From an uncultured Acidobacteriota bacterium (GTDB taxonomy: Bacteria; Acidobacteriota; Thermoanaerobaculia; UBA5066; Gp7-AA6): a stretch of 64,000 bases of DNA. Under the pieces are notes generated by a model, which had not been told where the DNA came from, made no database searches, and saw only the letters and a program-made list of their open reading frames with translations. The stretch lies in contig CAWJKC010000016.1 in the NCBI GenBank assembly GCA_963843325.1, positions 638,319 to 702,318 on the forward strand. The letters are read 5' to 3'. Position 1 is the stretch's first letter, and every line of letters starts with the position of its first letter. Positions 62,910 to 64,000 of this stretch are shown here, one piece after another. The position numbers and the translations under genes were made by a program.

Positions 62910-63889
62910 GGCGCGGGCGCTCCGTCCACGCGGATCGTCACGTCGGCGGGCTGTCCGGGCACGAGCGGCTCGCCCCAGCCCGCATCGAGGTCCACCTTGG
63001 CCGCGTAGACGAGGTTGACGCGCTCGCCGCGCGTCTCGACGGGCTTGGGCGTGAACTCGGCGTCGGGCGAGATCTCGGTCACCTTCGCGGCGAACGCCTT
63101 TCCGGGAAACGCGTCGACGCTGACGGCAGCCGCCATTCCGGGCCGCACCTTGCCGAGCACCGGCTCCGGGATGTAGGTGCGCACGTAGAGGCGGTTGGCG
63201 AACGCCATCGTGACCGCGGGCTGGCCGGCCGCGAGCAGCAGGCCGGGCTCGGCGATCCGGTGCAGGATGACGCCGTCGGCCGGCGCGCGGATCTCGGCCT
63301 CCCGCGCGACGGTCTCGGACTGCGCGAGCACGCTCTTCGCGCGCCCCATGTCGTGCCTGGCCTGTTCCGTCTGGATCTTGCGGAAGCCCTCCACGGTGAG
63401 CTTCAGGCGCTCGTCGCTGGCCTTCAGGGCCGCGGTCGTGCGGTCGACCTCCGTCTTCGCCACGTCGAAGTCGCGCTGCGTCCCGATCTTCTTCGCGAGC
63501 AGGACCTGCTGCCGATCGAGCTCCCGCTTCGCGAGGTCGAGCTGCGACCGCTTGTCGGCCACGTCCGCCTCGGCGGCGAGGATCTCGGCGCGACGGCTGC
63601 CCTCCGACATGTCCTGGTACCGCGCCTCGGCCGACTTCAGGCCCTCGCGGTCGCGCTCGACGGCGACGGCGGTTTCGCCGAGGTCGAGCCGCGCCAGGAG
63701 GTCCCCCGCCTTGACCCGGTCGCCTTCGCGGACGCGGACTTCGACGACGCGGCCGGCGACCTTGGGGGCGAGGTCGACGAGCGGCGCCTCGAGGCGGCCG
63801 TTCAGATGGAGCGTCCCGGTGTCCTTCGGGCGGCAGGCGACCGCGCAGACCGCGAGCCCGATCCCGAGGAGCAGGCGTTTCGATCTCAT
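62906..63889 (-). CDS. HlyD-family periplasmic adaptor (lipoprotein)
   Basis: Lipobox LAVCAVAC, coiled-coil hairpin, beta-barrel domain. YbhG-like position upstream of the ABC genes. Confidence 0.85.
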   Translation of the reverse strand: MRSKRLLLGIGLAVCAVACRPKDTGTLHLNGRLEAPLVDLAPKVAGRVVEVRVREGDRVKAGDLLARLDLGETAVAVERDREGLKSAEARYQDMSEGSRRAEILAAEADVADKRSQLDLAKRELDRQQVLLAKKIGTQRDFDVAKTEVDRTTAALKASDERLKLTVEGFRKIQTEQARHDMGRAKSVLAQSETVAREAEIRAPADGVILHRIAEPGLLLAAGQPAVTMAFANRLYVRTYIPEPVLGKVRPGMAAAVSVDAFPGKAFAAKVTEISPDAEFTPKPVETRGERVNLVYAAKVDLDAGWGEPLVPGQPADVTIRVDGAPAP

Positions 63890-64000
63890 CGCGTTTTCCT
63901 TCCCGTGACGATGGCTCCGCGCGTCCAGATGTCGAGCACGGTCTCGAGGTAGCGCTCGAGGGGCATGGGCTTCTCGAGAACTTCCATCACGTGCTGGAGA
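63886..64000 (-). CDS. 3' end of upstream gene (possibly TetR-family regulator); 5' part beyond window
   Basis: Open frame ..QHVMEVLEKPMPLERYLETVLDIWTRGAIVTGRKTR with stop overlapping the HlyD start (ATGA). Product guess rests on operon context only. Confidence 0.3.
   Translation of the reverse strand, partial: LQHVMEVLEKPMPLERYLETVLDIWTRGAIVTGRKTR

Overview
This is a high-GC (about 70%) chromosomal segment from a Gram-negative soil-type bacterium. It contains roughly 65 protein genes, mostly housekeeping and cell-envelope functions, packed densely on both strands. No rRNA, tRNA, CRISPR array, transposase or integrase was recognised, so it does not look like a mobile island.

Gene content in order:
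- tsaD-lepA followed by two tandem signal peptidase I genes.
- A MerR regulator with two thioredoxin-fold redoxins.
- purD.
- A SAM-I (S-box) riboswitch with a terminator-type expression platform, immediately upstream of a fused homocysteine methyltransferase/MTHFR (YitJ-like) gene.
- An HTH-WYL regulator with a downstream lipoprotein and secreted protein.
- A PLD (cardiolipin-synthase-like) gene followed by a DEDDh exonuclease on the minus strand.
- glk.
- An envelope operon: GT-C-like polytopic membrane protein, two tandem paralogous small proteins and a BamE-like protein.
- A K+-channel-like gene, a PLP decarboxylase and a CsaA-like tRNA-binding protein in one operon.
- A MocR regulator divergent from a class IV aminotransferase.
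- A degenerate Ser/Thr kinase-like gene.
- LeuD/LeuC-like genes.
- A DCC-lipase maturation factor fusion.
- A FecR-like lipoprotein.
- A sufBCDSU-sufT-rrf2 operon, then exbD.
- An SLH/choice-of-anchor repeat protein.
- A desaturase with an RRM RNA-binding protein.
- glgA-glgC.
- Two M16 peptidases.
- tag.
- A YbhGFSR-like HlyD/ABC efflux operon.

The most striking feature is a high number of single-nucleotide indels that break otherwise well-conserved reading frames. They are extremely dense across sufB-sufS (41.8-46.7 kb) and in a beta-lactamase-like gene (31.5-31.9 kb). Isolated cases occur in lepB, tlpA, the decarboxylase, the kinase-like gene, leuC, fecR-like, rrf2, exbD, the SLH protein and glgA. 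Amino-acid conservation across the breaks is high and I saw no in-frame stops. I therefore interpret most of them as assembly or polishing errors rather than ancient pseudogenes, but this needs read-level confirmation.

Other noteworthy items:
- The SAM riboswitch.
- Several plus-strand intrinsic terminators with no obvious upstream gene, which are candidate sRNAs or leaders (upstream of glk and of the K+ channel).
- A heptad-repeat palindrome.
- Two copies of a REP-like GC palindrome.
- Tandem paralog pairs.

Hand-derived coordinates for starts, motifs and hairpins may be off by one or two nucleotides. I could not recount every line and relied on the supplied ORF track for frames.
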